Below, piece by piece: positions 46,642 to 56,007 of a stretch of DNA of 64,000 nucleotides. This stretch comes from Bacillota bacterium. GTDB taxonomy: Bacteria; Bacillota; Sulfobacillia; JABLXB01. The notes below the pieces were generated by a model. It ran no database searches and was not told the DNA's origin. It saw only the letters and a program-made list of their open reading frames with translations. Made by a program: the position numbers and the translations under genes. The stretch lies in the NCBI GenBank assembly GCA_013178305.1, contig JABLXB010000001.1, forward strand, positions 140,203-204,202, written 5' to 3'. The number at the start of each line of letters is the position of its first letter. Position 1 is the first letter of the stretch.

Positions 46642-49600
46642 CTACTCGAGGTTCACTCTTGCCACCCAGGTTTGCACTCCAGTGCCCGGCTTCTGCGTTG
46701 CAAGCAGTATCCTGTCGCCCGAGAGAAACGCGCACGAGACTACCGCGGGATTGCCTATCTCACCGGCGATCGCACGCCAGGTTTTCCCCCAGTCGGTGCT
46801 GAGATGAATCCGGAAAAACCGCCCGTCCGGCAGGTGGTAGCCACCGAGTAACCAGCCTGCCCTTTCGCGGGAGACCGCGATAATTCTGAACCTCCGGTCT
46901 TCGATGTTCGCCGGAAAGCGCGTCTCGGAGACGGCGCGTCCCTCATATGACAGGGATAACCTGCCCAGGTAGATGCGGTCTGGACCGATGCCGCCCACCC
47001 GACAATCAGAAGTCTCCGGAAGACTCGACGTGAACCGGGTGAACGTCCGGCCGCCGTCACCCGACCGGTAGAACGCCGTAGTCGCGGCGGAATAGGCCAG
47101 GAATTCAGCCGCGCCGCCCGGGCCGGCGAGCAGCTGGATACTCATGAGAGATGGGCCCGGCAATCCTCTGCATGCCGCCCAGGTCCGGCCACCGTCGTTG
47201 CTGAAATATGCGCCAGATCTGCCCCCGGACCCGCTCATGATCCATCCCACCAGGACCAGGTTGTCGGGGTTGGACCCGCTGGCCGCCAGTTCCAGGCCCT
47301 TCAAGCCCCCGACCGAGTAGAGCACGTTCCCAAATTTGCCCGGCACCTCACCCGTTTCCTCCCACGTATCGCCCCCGTCAATCGTCCGCACTATGACAGC
47401 CAGCGATTCCCGCTCGGAGTGCTCCACAGAGATGCCGTATGCAACTCCCGCCTTTTCTCCGGCCAAAGGCGCGACTGCCCTGAGCTCGCAGAGGCCCCTC
47501 CCGGGTTCAACAATCCGTGAGGCCTCCCAGTTGAGCCCGTCGCTGCTGGCCATAATCCGGCCCATATCTTGCTTCATAAACGCGTGCGCGCCACTGGCAT
47601 ACACCCACGACCACGCGTACCTGCCCGGGACGGGTTGCCCCCTCGTCCACGTGAGCGGCAATGCGGGGCGTTCCGGCTCTCGCCCGCCCGGCCATTCCCC
47701 GGTGGCTGCGCCCGGATCCAACGGAAGTTCTTTCACCCAGATAATTCCCGCCCCGTTGGTGAGGACGAACACCCCGGTGCCCGGTGCAACAGACAGCCCC
47801 ACCACCTCTATTCCGGGGTTGAGGCCCGGGACTTCAAACCACGTGCCTCCGCGGTCGCGGGAATACCAAACGAGCCCACTGCGGTTACCCCTTAACAGGA
47901 CGAGTCCCTCCCGCCCGGGGTGAGCGACGATTTCGCACAGGTCTTCGTACCAGGGGACGCCCTTGGACCAGGGATAACCGGGATCCGACGGCTTCCACGT
48001 TTCCCCCGCGTCACTGGTAACCGATACGCCCCCGTCCGTGACTGCGTACGCATATCTCGCGTCGAATGGGTCCGCCGCAATTCTCCTTATGTAATGCCCG
48101 GACAACCCGCGGATGCTTGAAGCCCACGCAGCATCATCCGTGGTCTTGACCCACACGCCATCGGCGGTCCCCGCCCACACCGACCCGGAAGGACCGATTG
48201 CCACGTCCGTGACGCCGGTCCCCAAGAGCCCTGCGGGCGTGAACGTCTTGCCCCCGTCGCGGCTGACGTGGACGCCGCCGGCCGTCGATGGTCCCGCCAG
48301 AGCGACCCACAGCGTCCCGGGGCGGTGCGGGTCGAAGACCACGGCCGAGACACCCCCGTCGGGGAATGCCTCCAGCCGCGACCAGTGCATGCCCGCGTCC
48401 GAGCTGTGGTACAGGTCGCCGGCCCGTACCCAGGGGGTCAGGCACCCCCGGACAACAATTGCGAATACGGAGTCCGCATTTCCGGGGTCCTGGACGAGCC
48501 GCGCCACTTCCCATTCGGCGTCATCCGGGAATCCGGTTGGCGTCAGCCGTCCCCAGCGTCCATCGTCGCCGCGCCTCCAGAACTCCCTCGTAGGGGAGCA
48601 TGCGTAGCGGGGCATGCCACCGGGTGCGGCTGCGGTAGCGTATATCGTGGTGCACGCCAGGCCGTCGTCCAGCGAAACCCACGTGGCGCCTGAATCCGGA
48701 GATTTCCAGAGGTGATCGCCGCAGGCCAGGTAGATGTCTTGTCCATCGGAGCACACCGCGTGGGGAATCCCTGACGGTACGACCACCCGCCGCCATGAAG
48801 CGCCTCCATCGTCGCTGACGGCCGCCTCGCCGCCCTGTTCGGCGAGAACGAGAACTGAGCCGGCTGCCAAGACTGGAGCAACGTAGGGGTTCGGCGCAAT
48901 CCCGGGGTCGAGTTTGGCCCATGTCAGACCCCCGTCCCTGGTGGACCAGATGCCCTGAAGGCCGGCGGAGTACACAACACTGCCGTCCGGTGAGGCGGCG
49001 AAAGCGAGTACGCCCTCGACAGGCCCATAATTCCAGGTCCGGCCACCGTCGGTCGAGACCTTGACCCTGCCGGCGCCGCTTTCAACTCCAGAACACCCCG
49101 AGCCGAGCAGCAGGGCTCCCGTCCGCGGGTGGACTACGATGTCGCCCATCAGATAGCTCGCGACACTCGAACCCGTCCTCGCCCACGTCAGGCCACCGTC
49201 GGTGCTCCGGTAGAGCGTGACGGTGCTGCCGCCGATCATGCTACCCTCTGCATACGCCGCATAGGCCGTCTTGCCCGTGGGGTCGAACGTCATCGTAAAC
49301 AGGTCGGGAAGGCCCTTGACCCCCGTCCACGTTCGACCGCCGTCCGCGCTTCGATCGAGTCCATAGCCATTTGAGTAGAATACCACCTGTGGATTACTCG
49401 GGTTGACCGCCAGCATCTGTGGAAACCCGCCCTCCAGCCCAAGGTGCTCCCACGTCATACCTCTATCCGAGCTGACATACAGGCCGTTGTGAATAGTGGC
49501 GATGTAGACCCGCTCGCCCCCCGGTGTGGCGGCGATGCGCATCACCGTAGCCCCGAACGGACCCAGGTTCTCCCGGCCAAGCCTGGCGGCCATCTCGGGC

Positions 49601-50061
49601 GATAGGACCTTCACCAGGCCGACGCGCGCGTCGTACACGACCTCCGCGCCGCAGAGCCTGTATACCTCGGCGGGAACCATGACATCGTCGTTCCGCCAGG
49701 AGCATGGGTCCTTCAGCGTCAACGAGTTCCCGGACACCGTCACCGTCGAAGAGCCGGCCCGCACCACAACCCGGTTCAGGTCTCGTGTGGCCTCGGCCAT
49801 CCTGGTTTTCGGGTCAAGTTCGACCCGCCAGCCCATGGCCTCGAACACGGCTCTGGCTGGCAACATGATACTCAGCCAAGAACGCTCCGCCAGAGCCCCG
49901 GGCGCAAGCGGTTTCCCGTCCACCAGGACATGATGGAGTTCCAAGGCGGGTGCGGCCCACGCGGGCGCAGGCGACAAGCCGGCTATGCCAACAAGCAATG
50001 CCAGTACAAGCGCCAGCGCAATCCGGTTCTCGCGTCGCCGTGTTCTCAACACCTGACCCAC
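46642..50061 (-). CDS. large secreted protein (1139 aa): signal peptide, copper-amine-oxidase N-terminal-like domain, then about 16 BNR/Asp-box (S-x-D-x-G-x-T-W) beta-propeller repeats
   Basis: Repeats include SSDRGMTWEHL, SADGGRTWTGV, STDGGLTWART, STDGGRTWNYG, TRDGGLTWAKL, SDDGGASWRRV, SPDSGATWVSL and TIDGGDTWEET. GTG start with a GAAGGAG RBS, 4 nt after the upstream stop. Confidence 0.8.
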   Translation of the reverse strand: MGQVLRTRRRENRIALALVLALLVGIAGLSPAPAWAAPALELHHVLVDGKPLAPGALAERSWLSIMLPARAVFEAMGWRVELDPKTRMAEATRDLNRVVVRAGSSTVTVSGNSLTLKDPCSWRNDDVMVPAEVYRLCGAEVVYDARVGLVKVLSPEMAARLGRENLGPFGATVMRIAATPGGERVYIATIHNGLYVSSDRGMTWEHLGLEGGFPQMLAVNPSNPQVVFYSNGYGLDRSADGGRTWTGVKGLPDLFTMTFDPTGKTAYAAYAEGSMIGGSTVTLYRSTDGGLTWARTGSSVASYLMGDIVVHPRTGALLLGSGCSGVESGAGRVKVSTDGGRTWNYGPVEGVLAFAASPDGSVVYSAGLQGIWSTRDGGLTWAKLDPGIAPNPYVAPVLAAGSVLVLAEQGGEAAVSDDGGASWRRVVVPSGIPHAVCSDGQDIYLACGDHLWKSPDSGATWVSLDDGLACTTIYATAAAPGGMPRYACSPTREFWRRGDDGRWGRLTPTGFPDDAEWEVARLVQDPGNADSVFAIVVRGCLTPWVRAGDLYHSSDAGMHWSRLEAFPDGGVSAVVFDPHRPGTLWVALAGPSTAGGVHVSRDGGKTFTPAGLLGTGVTDVAIGPSGSVWAGTADGVWVKTTDDAAWASSIRGLSGHYIRRIAADPFDARYAYAVTDGGVSVTSDAGETWKPSDPGYPWSKGVPWYEDLCEIVAHPGREGLVLLRGNRSGLVWYSRDRGGTWFEVPGLNPGIEVVGLSVAPGTGVFVLTNGAGIIWVKELPLDPGAATGEWPGGREPERPALPLTWTRGQPVPGRYAWSWVYASGAHAFMKQDMGRIMASSDGLNWEASRIVEPGRGLCELRAVAPLAGEKAGVAYGISVEHSERESLAVIVRTIDGGDTWEETGEVPGKFGNVLYSVGGLKGLELAASGSNPDNLVLVGWIMSGSGGRSGAYFSNDGGRTWAACRGLPGPSLMSIQLLAGPGGAAEFLAYSAATTAFYRSGDGGRTFTRFTSSLPETSDCRVGGIGPDRIYLGRLSLSYEGRAVSETRFPANIEDRRFRIIAVSRERAGWLLGGYHLPDGRFFRIHLSTDWGKTWRAIAGEIGNPAVVSCAFLSGDRILLATQKPGTGVQTWVARVNLE

Positions 50062-50065
50062 TCCT

Positions 50066-50665
50066 TCACCGGCGAACGATGGGTAAAACGCGCCCGGTAT
50101 ACTTTATGTACTCCAGGTATTCGTCCCCGAAATGCTGGACCAGCATCTCTTCCTCCCTAGGCACCCGGTGGAAGTAAGCGGGCAGGTAAGTAACCAAACC
50201 GGCGAGGCCCGCGATCCAGTTTTGGAGGAGCAGCGGTTGTGCGAGGGCCCACAGCCAGTGTGCGGCGTAGATCGGGTGACGGATGTATCGATATACGCCG
50301 GTCGTCACCAGCTTCTGGCCCTCTATCAACTGTACCTTCGAGGACCAGTTCCTTCCGAGATCCGCGTGAGCCCGCCATAGTAGCCACAAACCCAGCGCAA
50401 ACACGGTCATACCGGCCAATCCCAGCGCCGTAACCGCAACCGGAGGCAAGCGCCAGTCGGCGAAGTCCAGCCACCGTGTGGCTATCTGAAGCACCGGTAA
50501 CAGCTGCATACCCACAAAGGTCAGAGGCATGACAACCCATTCGAAGGCTGTCGTCCGGTTCTCCCTCACCCTGTTCCGGATGTTTCGCTTCACGTGCGGC
50601 ATCCGGATCACGTAGGCCAGGATGATGTCAACCACGAACACCACCCGGAAAAAACTCGCCCCCAC
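50066..50665 (-). CDS. isoprenylcysteine carboxyl methyltransferase (ICMT/PEMT) family membrane methyltransferase
   Basis: GVYRYIRHPIYAAHWLW ... is the hallmark ICMT C-terminal motif; multi-TM. Confidence 0.75.
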   Translation of the reverse strand: MGASFFRVVFVVDIILAYVIRMPHVKRNIRNRVRENRTTAFEWVVMPLTFVGMQLLPVLQIATRWLDFADWRLPPVAVTALGLAGMTVFALGLWLLWRAHADLGRNWSSKVQLIEGQKLVTTGVYRYIRHPIYAAHWLWALAQPLLLQNWIAGLAGLVTYLPAYFHRVPREEEMLVQHFGDEYLEYIKYTGRVLPIVRR

Positions 50666-50926
50666 TCACAAATTCCACCTTTCCCTACGCCGGATCGCAT
50701 AACCCGGGGGCTTCGGGTGCGCCGTCACCGTATGACGCCCTGGCGCGAGACGTGCCCTCCCTGGGTTATCATTGCCAGCACCTTGATTTTACCACGGTGG
50801 AGCAGGCATAATCAGGCCACCCCGCAGGCCCTCATGGATGCCATTCGGGATGCGGGCTATACACCCGAGACAGCGTGAGCGAGATGTCATGAGCAAGCGC
50901 CCCGGGCCAGCCGGGGCGCTTCGGCA

Positions 50927-51610
50927 TCACCACACGCCGGGCAACAGCCTGTAGCGAACTCGCGCAGCGTAATCCTTGTAGCCGTCCAGTTCACGCTGCA
51001 ACGTGGCGTCCTCCAGGGCTGTCCTGAGAACCGTCAGCAATACCGTCGCTCCGGCCGGAACGAACGCCCATGCCGAGCCGAGGAGCAGAGGCGCGCCGAG
51101 TGTGAACATGACCATCCCCACGTAGCCGGGATGTCTCAAGTACCGGTACGGCCCCGCCGTGGCGACCTGGTGGCCGCGTTCTTTCTGAATGCGGACGACG
51201 CCCGCGAAGAACTTGTTGGAGACCATGGCCCAGCTGAAGACGCCATAGCCGGCTACGATCAGGCCTGCCCCTGCAAGGCGCGCTGAGAGGCTGGTTTCCG
51301 GTGTCCACCCAAACCTTTCGTCCAAACCGGCCACGACCCAAATCGCCATGGGTCCAATAAGGCTGACGAGCAGGGCAAGTACGCGGTCCCAACCCTTCGT
51401 CCCTTCCTTTGCTTCCGCGCGCTCAGCGATCAGCTCGGGGTGCCTCGGAAGGAGTACGAGCGAGTTCACCACGACGGTCAGGGCGTAGAGTGCGACGTGG
51501 GCCCACCCCCAGGTCCACGCGAGACGTCCGGCGGCCGCCATGAGGATTGCGGCCTGCATGACCGCGATCACGGCAATTTGCAGAAACCTCTTGAGTATCA
51601 GCCGGCTCAT
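50927..51610 (-). CDS. ICMT/PEMT family membrane methyltransferase, second paralog
   Basis: GPYRYLRHPGYVGMVMF motif; multi-TM. Confidence 0.75.
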   Translation of the reverse strand: MSRLILKRFLQIAVIAVMQAAILMAAAGRLAWTWGWAHVALYALTVVVNSLVLLPRHPELIAERAEAKEGTKGWDRVLALLVSLIGPMAIWVVAGLDERFGWTPETSLSARLAGAGLIVAGYGVFSWAMVSNKFFAGVVRIQKERGHQVATAGPYRYLRHPGYVGMVMFTLGAPLLLGSAWAFVPAGATVLLTVLRTALEDATLQRELDGYKDYAARVRYRLLPGVW

Positions 51611-51676
51611 GCGGATCCCTCCCCGGGTCGTTTCAGCGATCCGCCAGGTCTACTGACGGACCCCCAACCGGTGGTA

Positions 51677-51704
51677 GTATATACCAGCGGGACCGGTTTC
51701 TCAA
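51677..51704 (-). promoter_or_regulatory. sigma-A-like promoter TTGAGA-17-TATACT for the ICMT-ICMT-BNR operon
   Basis: The minus strand reads TTGAGAAACCGGTCCCGCTGGTATATACT, about 60-90 nt upstream of the ICMT2 start. Confidence 0.45.
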
Positions 51705-51716
51705 CCATGAACACTG

Positions 51717-54026
51717 TCAGGGGAGTTCACTTTCGATGATCTGGGAGAGGATCAGCACCTCGTCGTCCGGTACCTTGAGTTCGAAGCTGCTCTCGACGTG
51801 AGCCAGCGCGCACCGGACCTGCTGCGCCAGCAAGCCCTGCAAGTCGTCGGACCCGATGTGCCTCGATGTTGCCGCACCCTCGATGGAGCCCGAGGATTTA
51901 CGCGTTACGAGCCTCTCGAGCATGCAGGCCGTATGGACCATCAGGCGGACCCTCACTGCCTTGCTGAAACTCCTCCCGAGCCCGCTTTCCAGGGTTCGCA
52001 CAAACGTCTCGGCCTCCGAGAGCGCCTTGTGGGGGTTCAGGAAAACCATGCTGTCCAGTAGCGTGTCCATAGTCAGGCTGCCAGCCATTGAGAACTCGTA
52101 CGTGTCCATGCGGGCCGGGTCGAGTCCAAGCAAGTCCACGAGCTCTTTCAGCCCGTCTCCCATGACGAGGTCTTCAACCGGGATGAACGGTACTCCGGGA
52201 AGCCTCGGGTCCACGCTCCCGATAGCCGCGACCACGCCGCAGGGATTCAGGTATCCGGAATCCAGGAGTCTGTCTATACCGCGCTCACCACAACACACTA
52301 CCGACACACTATCGCCGAAAATGCTTCTCAGCGTGTCGCGGATCCTCGCCGCGGCGCCCTCCCCCGAGTAGCAGGTGGCGAGGATTACGGGCTTGCCGGC
52401 GGCCTGTCGCGACGCCTGGTACCCGGCGTATTCCCCCATTGCCGAGATGAGAAACCGCGTGAGGTAAACCATCTCCCTCGCCGGCATCTCAACCCCAAGG
52501 TCTTCCTCGAGCCCCCGAAGTACTGTCTCGGCGGCCGTACGCTGGGCCGGCGTGGCTGCGGCGGGGAATTCCTCAGCAGGGCCGGCAGAATCCAACCGGC
52601 CGATCGCAGCCGCGAGGTGAAGCGCGAGCCGGAGGTGGTGCGCCGAGTCGAACGTGACGCCGAGCAACCCCGAGGCGGACTCGAGTGCCCGGGTCGTCGC
52701 TCGCCTGATGTGGCCCGGGACCAGGTATTCCACGAGCCCAGCCGCGCCCGAACGGGCTTTCCGCTGCAGGGTGGAGCGGCCATCGGTCTCGAGATGCTCG
52801 ATGACGGATGAAAACGCCTCGTCCATCCTTGCGCCGCTATCCATCATCTGAGACAATTCGTTGAGGATGTTCCGCTGCGAGACGCCCTGCGGGAGGCCGG
52901 GCCTTACGGTTAGCGGCTCCGAGCCGTCGCCCGCGTCCCTGGCCGCACCGACGCAGACTACTCTCCTGCCCGCGCCCGACTTCAGCAGCGCTTTCGCGAC
53001 AGCGAGCTGGATCACGCTGCGCAGATGCCCCAGGTTGCCGTCGCCGCGGAAATCCACCCACCTGTCGAAGGTCACCTGATCGACCGAGACCGGCCTACCG
53101 AGGTGGTCGGCCTCCCTGGCCAGGAGGTGCCTGACGACCAGGACCCTTTCCCCCACCGACCAGTCACCGAACGCGGGCATGTTTATCAGCACGGGGACTC
53201 GCCTCAGGAACGTCTGGAGTAGGGCTGAGTCCGGAACCTCGGTGGTGCACGATATGATGGTCACGCCGGCGCGGCGCTCCTGCCGCGACTCCCCTACTCT
53301 ACGGTAGATCCCCGAGTCCATGAGCAGGAACAGCATTTCCTGGGCGGATGGCGGCAGGCGGTGAACCTCGTCTAGCAGGAGAATCCCGCCGTCGGCCCTC
53401 TCGATGAGTCCGGCGCGGTCGCTGTCCGCCCCGGTGAAAGCCCCCTTGACGTGGCCGAAAAGGTGGCTCGCGAGCAATTCCTCGTTCCTCGCGTATTCCG
53501 CGCAGTTGAACACGACGAGCGGGGCGCTGGGCGGCAGCGAACCGGATTGAACCGCGAAATCGTGCATAGCGTGGGCGAGCATCGTCTTGCCGGACCCCGT
53601 CGGCCCGGTGATAAGCGTGTGCAGCCCCCCTGGGTAGATCATCGCGGCCTTGGCCTTCTCGACGACTACCTGCAGCGTTCCGTCATATCCGATTATCTTC
53701 CGGAACGCCTCTGGCTGGTCGCTGTGGACACCGGGCCCGGACGTGCCCAGCTGCCGGGCGTGTCCGCCCGGGCTCGCCTGTTCACCCCGCGCCGCCGCGC
53801 CGGCAGCCTGATCCTTACCGGCTGCGGCCAGGTCAAACCTGACCGGTCGCCCCGCGGACTTTACGAGACTCCCTTCAGCACACAGCCGGTTGAGTTCGCG
53901 GCTCGCGTTTTCCCTCGAGATCCCGCAGCGTGCCGCCACCTCGACGGCGGTTACCCCGGAGAACCCCGGCCCCCCGCCTGCGCGCAATTCCGCTATCACG
54001 TTCGTTACCCTTTGCCTGCGCCTCAC
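51717..54026 (-). CDS. levR: LevR-type sigma-54-dependent PTS operon activator (HTH, AAA+ sigma-54 domain, PRD and EII-like regulation domains)
   Basis: GPTGSGKTMLAHAMH Walker A and GAFTGA sigma-54 contact motif; 769 aa with PRD-like repeats. Divergent from the mannose-family PTS operon. Confidence 0.85.
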   Translation of the reverse strand: MRRRQRVTNVIAELRAGGGPGFSGVTAVEVAARCGISRENASRELNRLCAEGSLVKSAGRPVRFDLAAAGKDQAAGAAARGEQASPGGHARQLGTSGPGVHSDQPEAFRKIIGYDGTLQVVVEKAKAAMIYPGGLHTLITGPTGSGKTMLAHAMHDFAVQSGSLPPSAPLVVFNCAEYARNEELLASHLFGHVKGAFTGADSDRAGLIERADGGILLLDEVHRLPPSAQEMLFLLMDSGIYRRVGESRQERRAGVTIISCTTEVPDSALLQTFLRRVPVLINMPAFGDWSVGERVLVVRHLLAREADHLGRPVSVDQVTFDRWVDFRGDGNLGHLRSVIQLAVAKALLKSGAGRRVVCVGAARDAGDGSEPLTVRPGLPQGVSQRNILNELSQMMDSGARMDEAFSSVIEHLETDGRSTLQRKARSGAAGLVEYLVPGHIRRATTRALESASGLLGVTFDSAHHLRLALHLAAAIGRLDSAGPAEEFPAAATPAQRTAAETVLRGLEEDLGVEMPAREMVYLTRFLISAMGEYAGYQASRQAAGKPVILATCYSGEGAAARIRDTLRSIFGDSVSVVCCGERGIDRLLDSGYLNPCGVVAAIGSVDPRLPGVPFIPVEDLVMGDGLKELVDLLGLDPARMDTYEFSMAGSLTMDTLLDSMVFLNPHKALSEAETFVRTLESGLGRSFSKAVRVRLMVHTACMLERLVTRKSSGSIEGAATSRHIGSDDLQGLLAQQVRCALAHVESSFELKVPDDEVLILSQIIESELP

Positions 54027-54092
54027 TCACACATCACCGCACACTCCCGCCGGACTGCGGACATCGCCCGGGGTCCTCGGATGACACACTAT

Positions 54093-54110
54093 CCGGCATG
54101 TCTCTTGCAA
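54093..54110 (+). promoter_or_regulatory. candidate sigma-54 promoter CGGCAT-GTCTC-TTGCA for the PTS operon (alternative: CGGCAC-TGTGC-CGGCA at 54257..54274)
   Basis: GG-N10-GC geometry with a consensus TTGCA -12 element. The second candidate has a better -24 and lies nearer the start. Confidence 0.35.
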
Positions 54111-54320
54111 CTGATACTCGTCAATACGTCGCACCGGCACGAGGAAGCCGCAGGCCTTCGAGTCTGCGTCGAGTTTACGCCGAGTTCACAGCGGGTTCAC
54201 GTCGTCCTTTGCGTTACTCTCAGCATAGCATTGTGCGCGGATGACACACAAGCATCCGGCACTGTGCCGGCACAGGCCGGGGCGCATGGCGAACCTTTGA
54301 CTCAGGGGTGAGGTCTTACG

Positions 54321-54728
54321 GTCAGCGTCGTCGTCGTCAGCCATGGACCGCTAGCGGGAGCGCTCGTCAAGAGCCTCCGCATGATCGCCGGACAGGTCCC
54401 GGTCCATGCGATCGAACTCGAACCTGGTGAGAATGGAGACAAGATACTCGGGGAGCTCGAGAGGATATCCTCAAACAGCCCGGACGGAACCCTCGTCCTG
54501 GTCGACGTCTTCGGTGGGACCCCGTTCAACGCGTCAATGCAGCTGATGCGCGGCCCGTCGGTCGAATGCGTTTCGGGAGTCAACCTCCCGATGCTGCTCG
54601 AAGTGGCAATGGCCCTTCAAGGCGGGACGGCGGACAGCCTCGATGCCCTGGCGCGGATGGCCGCGGAGTCGGGTAAGAACGGCATCAAGAACGCCCGTGA
54701 GAGTCTATCCCCGGCTGGGGGGAGGTGA
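54321..54728 (+). CDS. PTS mannose-family EIIA component; no canonical start codon upstream of the phospho-His
   Basis: In-frame translation gives (stop)GLTVSVVVVSHGPLAGALVKSLRMIAGQVPVHAIEL...VDVFGGTPFNAS, aligning with IIA-Man (IVIGTHG...). The first ATG/GTG/TTG in frame is ATG 54381, after the SHG His. A GGGGTGAGG RBS sits 7 nt before GTC 54321. Confidence 0.55.
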   Translation, partial: VSVVVVSHGPLAGALVKSLRMIAGQVPVHAIELEPGENGDKILGELERISSNSPDGTLVLVDVFGGTPFNASMQLMRGPSVECVSGVNLPMLLEVAMALQGGTADSLDALARMAAESGKNGIKNARESLSPAGGR

Positions 54729-54735
54729 AATCCGT

Positions 54736-55221
54736 TTGTTTTCTCTGGTACGTATCGACGACAGGCTTATACACGGGCAGGTCGTGACAATGTGGGTACG
54801 GCAGGTCAACGCCAACGAGATATGGGTCGTTGACGACACCGTGGCGGCCGACAGTTTCACCCAAAGCGTTCTGCAGATGGTGTGCCCCAAGGAGGTCGCG
54901 CTTTCGGTACTGTCCCTGGCAGGGGCGGCGGAGCAGCTGGCGGCGGCACAGGCCGCGTCAACACGAAGGCTCCTCGTACTGGTGAAGCGCCCCTCAGTGG
55001 TGCTGAAGCTGATGGACGCAGGGCTCAGATTGACGGAGGTCAATATCGGCGGAATGGGCGCAGGCCCTGGGCGCAAGGGCTTCTACAGGTCGGTTTCGGT
55101 CAGCCCGGAAGACGTGGCCGATCTGAGAGCGCTGACCGGGAGAGGGGTCCGTGTGTACATCCAGGGAATACCCACAGATCCGGTCTTCGATGTAGGTAGA
55201 GCGCTGGCCAACTGGCAGTAG
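54736..55221 (+). CDS. PTS mannose-family EIIB component
   Basis: From TTG 54736 (GGAGGTG RBS) the product starts MFSLVRIDDRLIHGQVVTMW, the classic IIB-Man N-terminus. Confidence 0.8.
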   Translation: MFSLVRIDDRLIHGQVVTMWVRQVNANEIWVVDDTVAADSFTQSVLQMVCPKEVALSVLSLAGAAEQLAAAQAASTRRLLVLVKRPSVVLKLMDAGLRLTEVNIGGMGAGPGRKGFYRSVSVSPEDVADLRALTGRGVRVYIQGIPTDPVFDVGRALANWQ

Positions 55222-55248
55222 CAGTCACAGACAAGGAGGTAAGTGAGG

Positions 55249-55992
55249 ATGTTTTTCCAAGCCGCCCTCGTAGCAATAATCACCTGGGTGGTCGCCACGT
55301 ACCTGCCCATGAGCGTGCGCTGGGCACTGTACTTCGGCGGCCCACTGATGGCAGGACTCATCGACGGTTTGATCTTCGGTAACGTCCCGCTCGGACTGCA
55401 AATCGGCGCCACGATCCAGATGGCTTACGTTGGTCTCGTGGCCGCGGGTGGAACGCTCCCCTCCGACCTGGCCCTCGCCGGTTACCTGGGAGTGGCGCTC
55501 GGGATCATCGCCAACGCCACCCCCGAGGTTGCGATGACACTGGCAGTCCCCCTCGGGCTGCTCGGGTTGCTCGCGTTTAACACCCGCATGACCCTGAACG
55601 CGTTCTGGGTGCACAAGGCCGACGAGTACGCCGAGAAGGGCGATACGCGCGGTATCATCCTGATGAACGTCGTGTGCTCGCAGATCTTTCCGTTCCTCGT
55701 GTATGTTCCGACCACCTTCCTCGCGATCTACTATGGTAGCGGCTGGGTAAACACGGCGCTCACGCAGCTCCCCAAGTGGCTCATCGATGCGCTCAAGGTC
55801 ACCGGCGGGCTGCTCCCCGCGCTCGGTCTCGGCATGCTCCTGAAGTTCCTGGCCAAGCCGGGCCTGATACCTTACCTGTTCCTGGGCTGGGTCATGGCCA
55901 CCTACCTCAAGATGGACGTAATGGCCGTGGCCATTGTCGGCGCGTGCATCGGTGCCTTAAGACTATACCGCGAACGCGAGAAGGCAGCGTAA
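55249..55992 (+). CDS. PTS mannose-family EIIC component
   Basis: AAGGAGGT RBS; about 248-aa polytopic membrane protein following EIIB. Confidence 0.8.
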   Translation: MFFQAALVAIITWVVATYLPMSVRWALYFGGPLMAGLIDGLIFGNVPLGLQIGATIQMAYVGLVAAGGTLPSDLALAGYLGVALGIIANATPEVAMTLAVPLGLLGLLAFNTRMTLNAFWVHKADEYAEKGDTRGIILMNVVCSQIFPFLVYVPTTFLAIYYGSGWVNTALTQLPKWLIDALKVTGGLLPALGLGMLLKFLAKPGLIPYLFLGWVMATYLKMDVMAVAIVGACIGALRLYREREKAA

Positions 55993-56007
55993 AGGGGGGT
56001 AATGAGG

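Noticed and set aside
54643-54735. N-terminal extension of the IIB-Man ORF back to ATG 54643, which would overlap IIA by 86 nt
   Set aside because: The IIB-Man family begins at the LVRIDDRLIHGQ motif. TTG 54736 has a proper RBS and follows the IIA stop.
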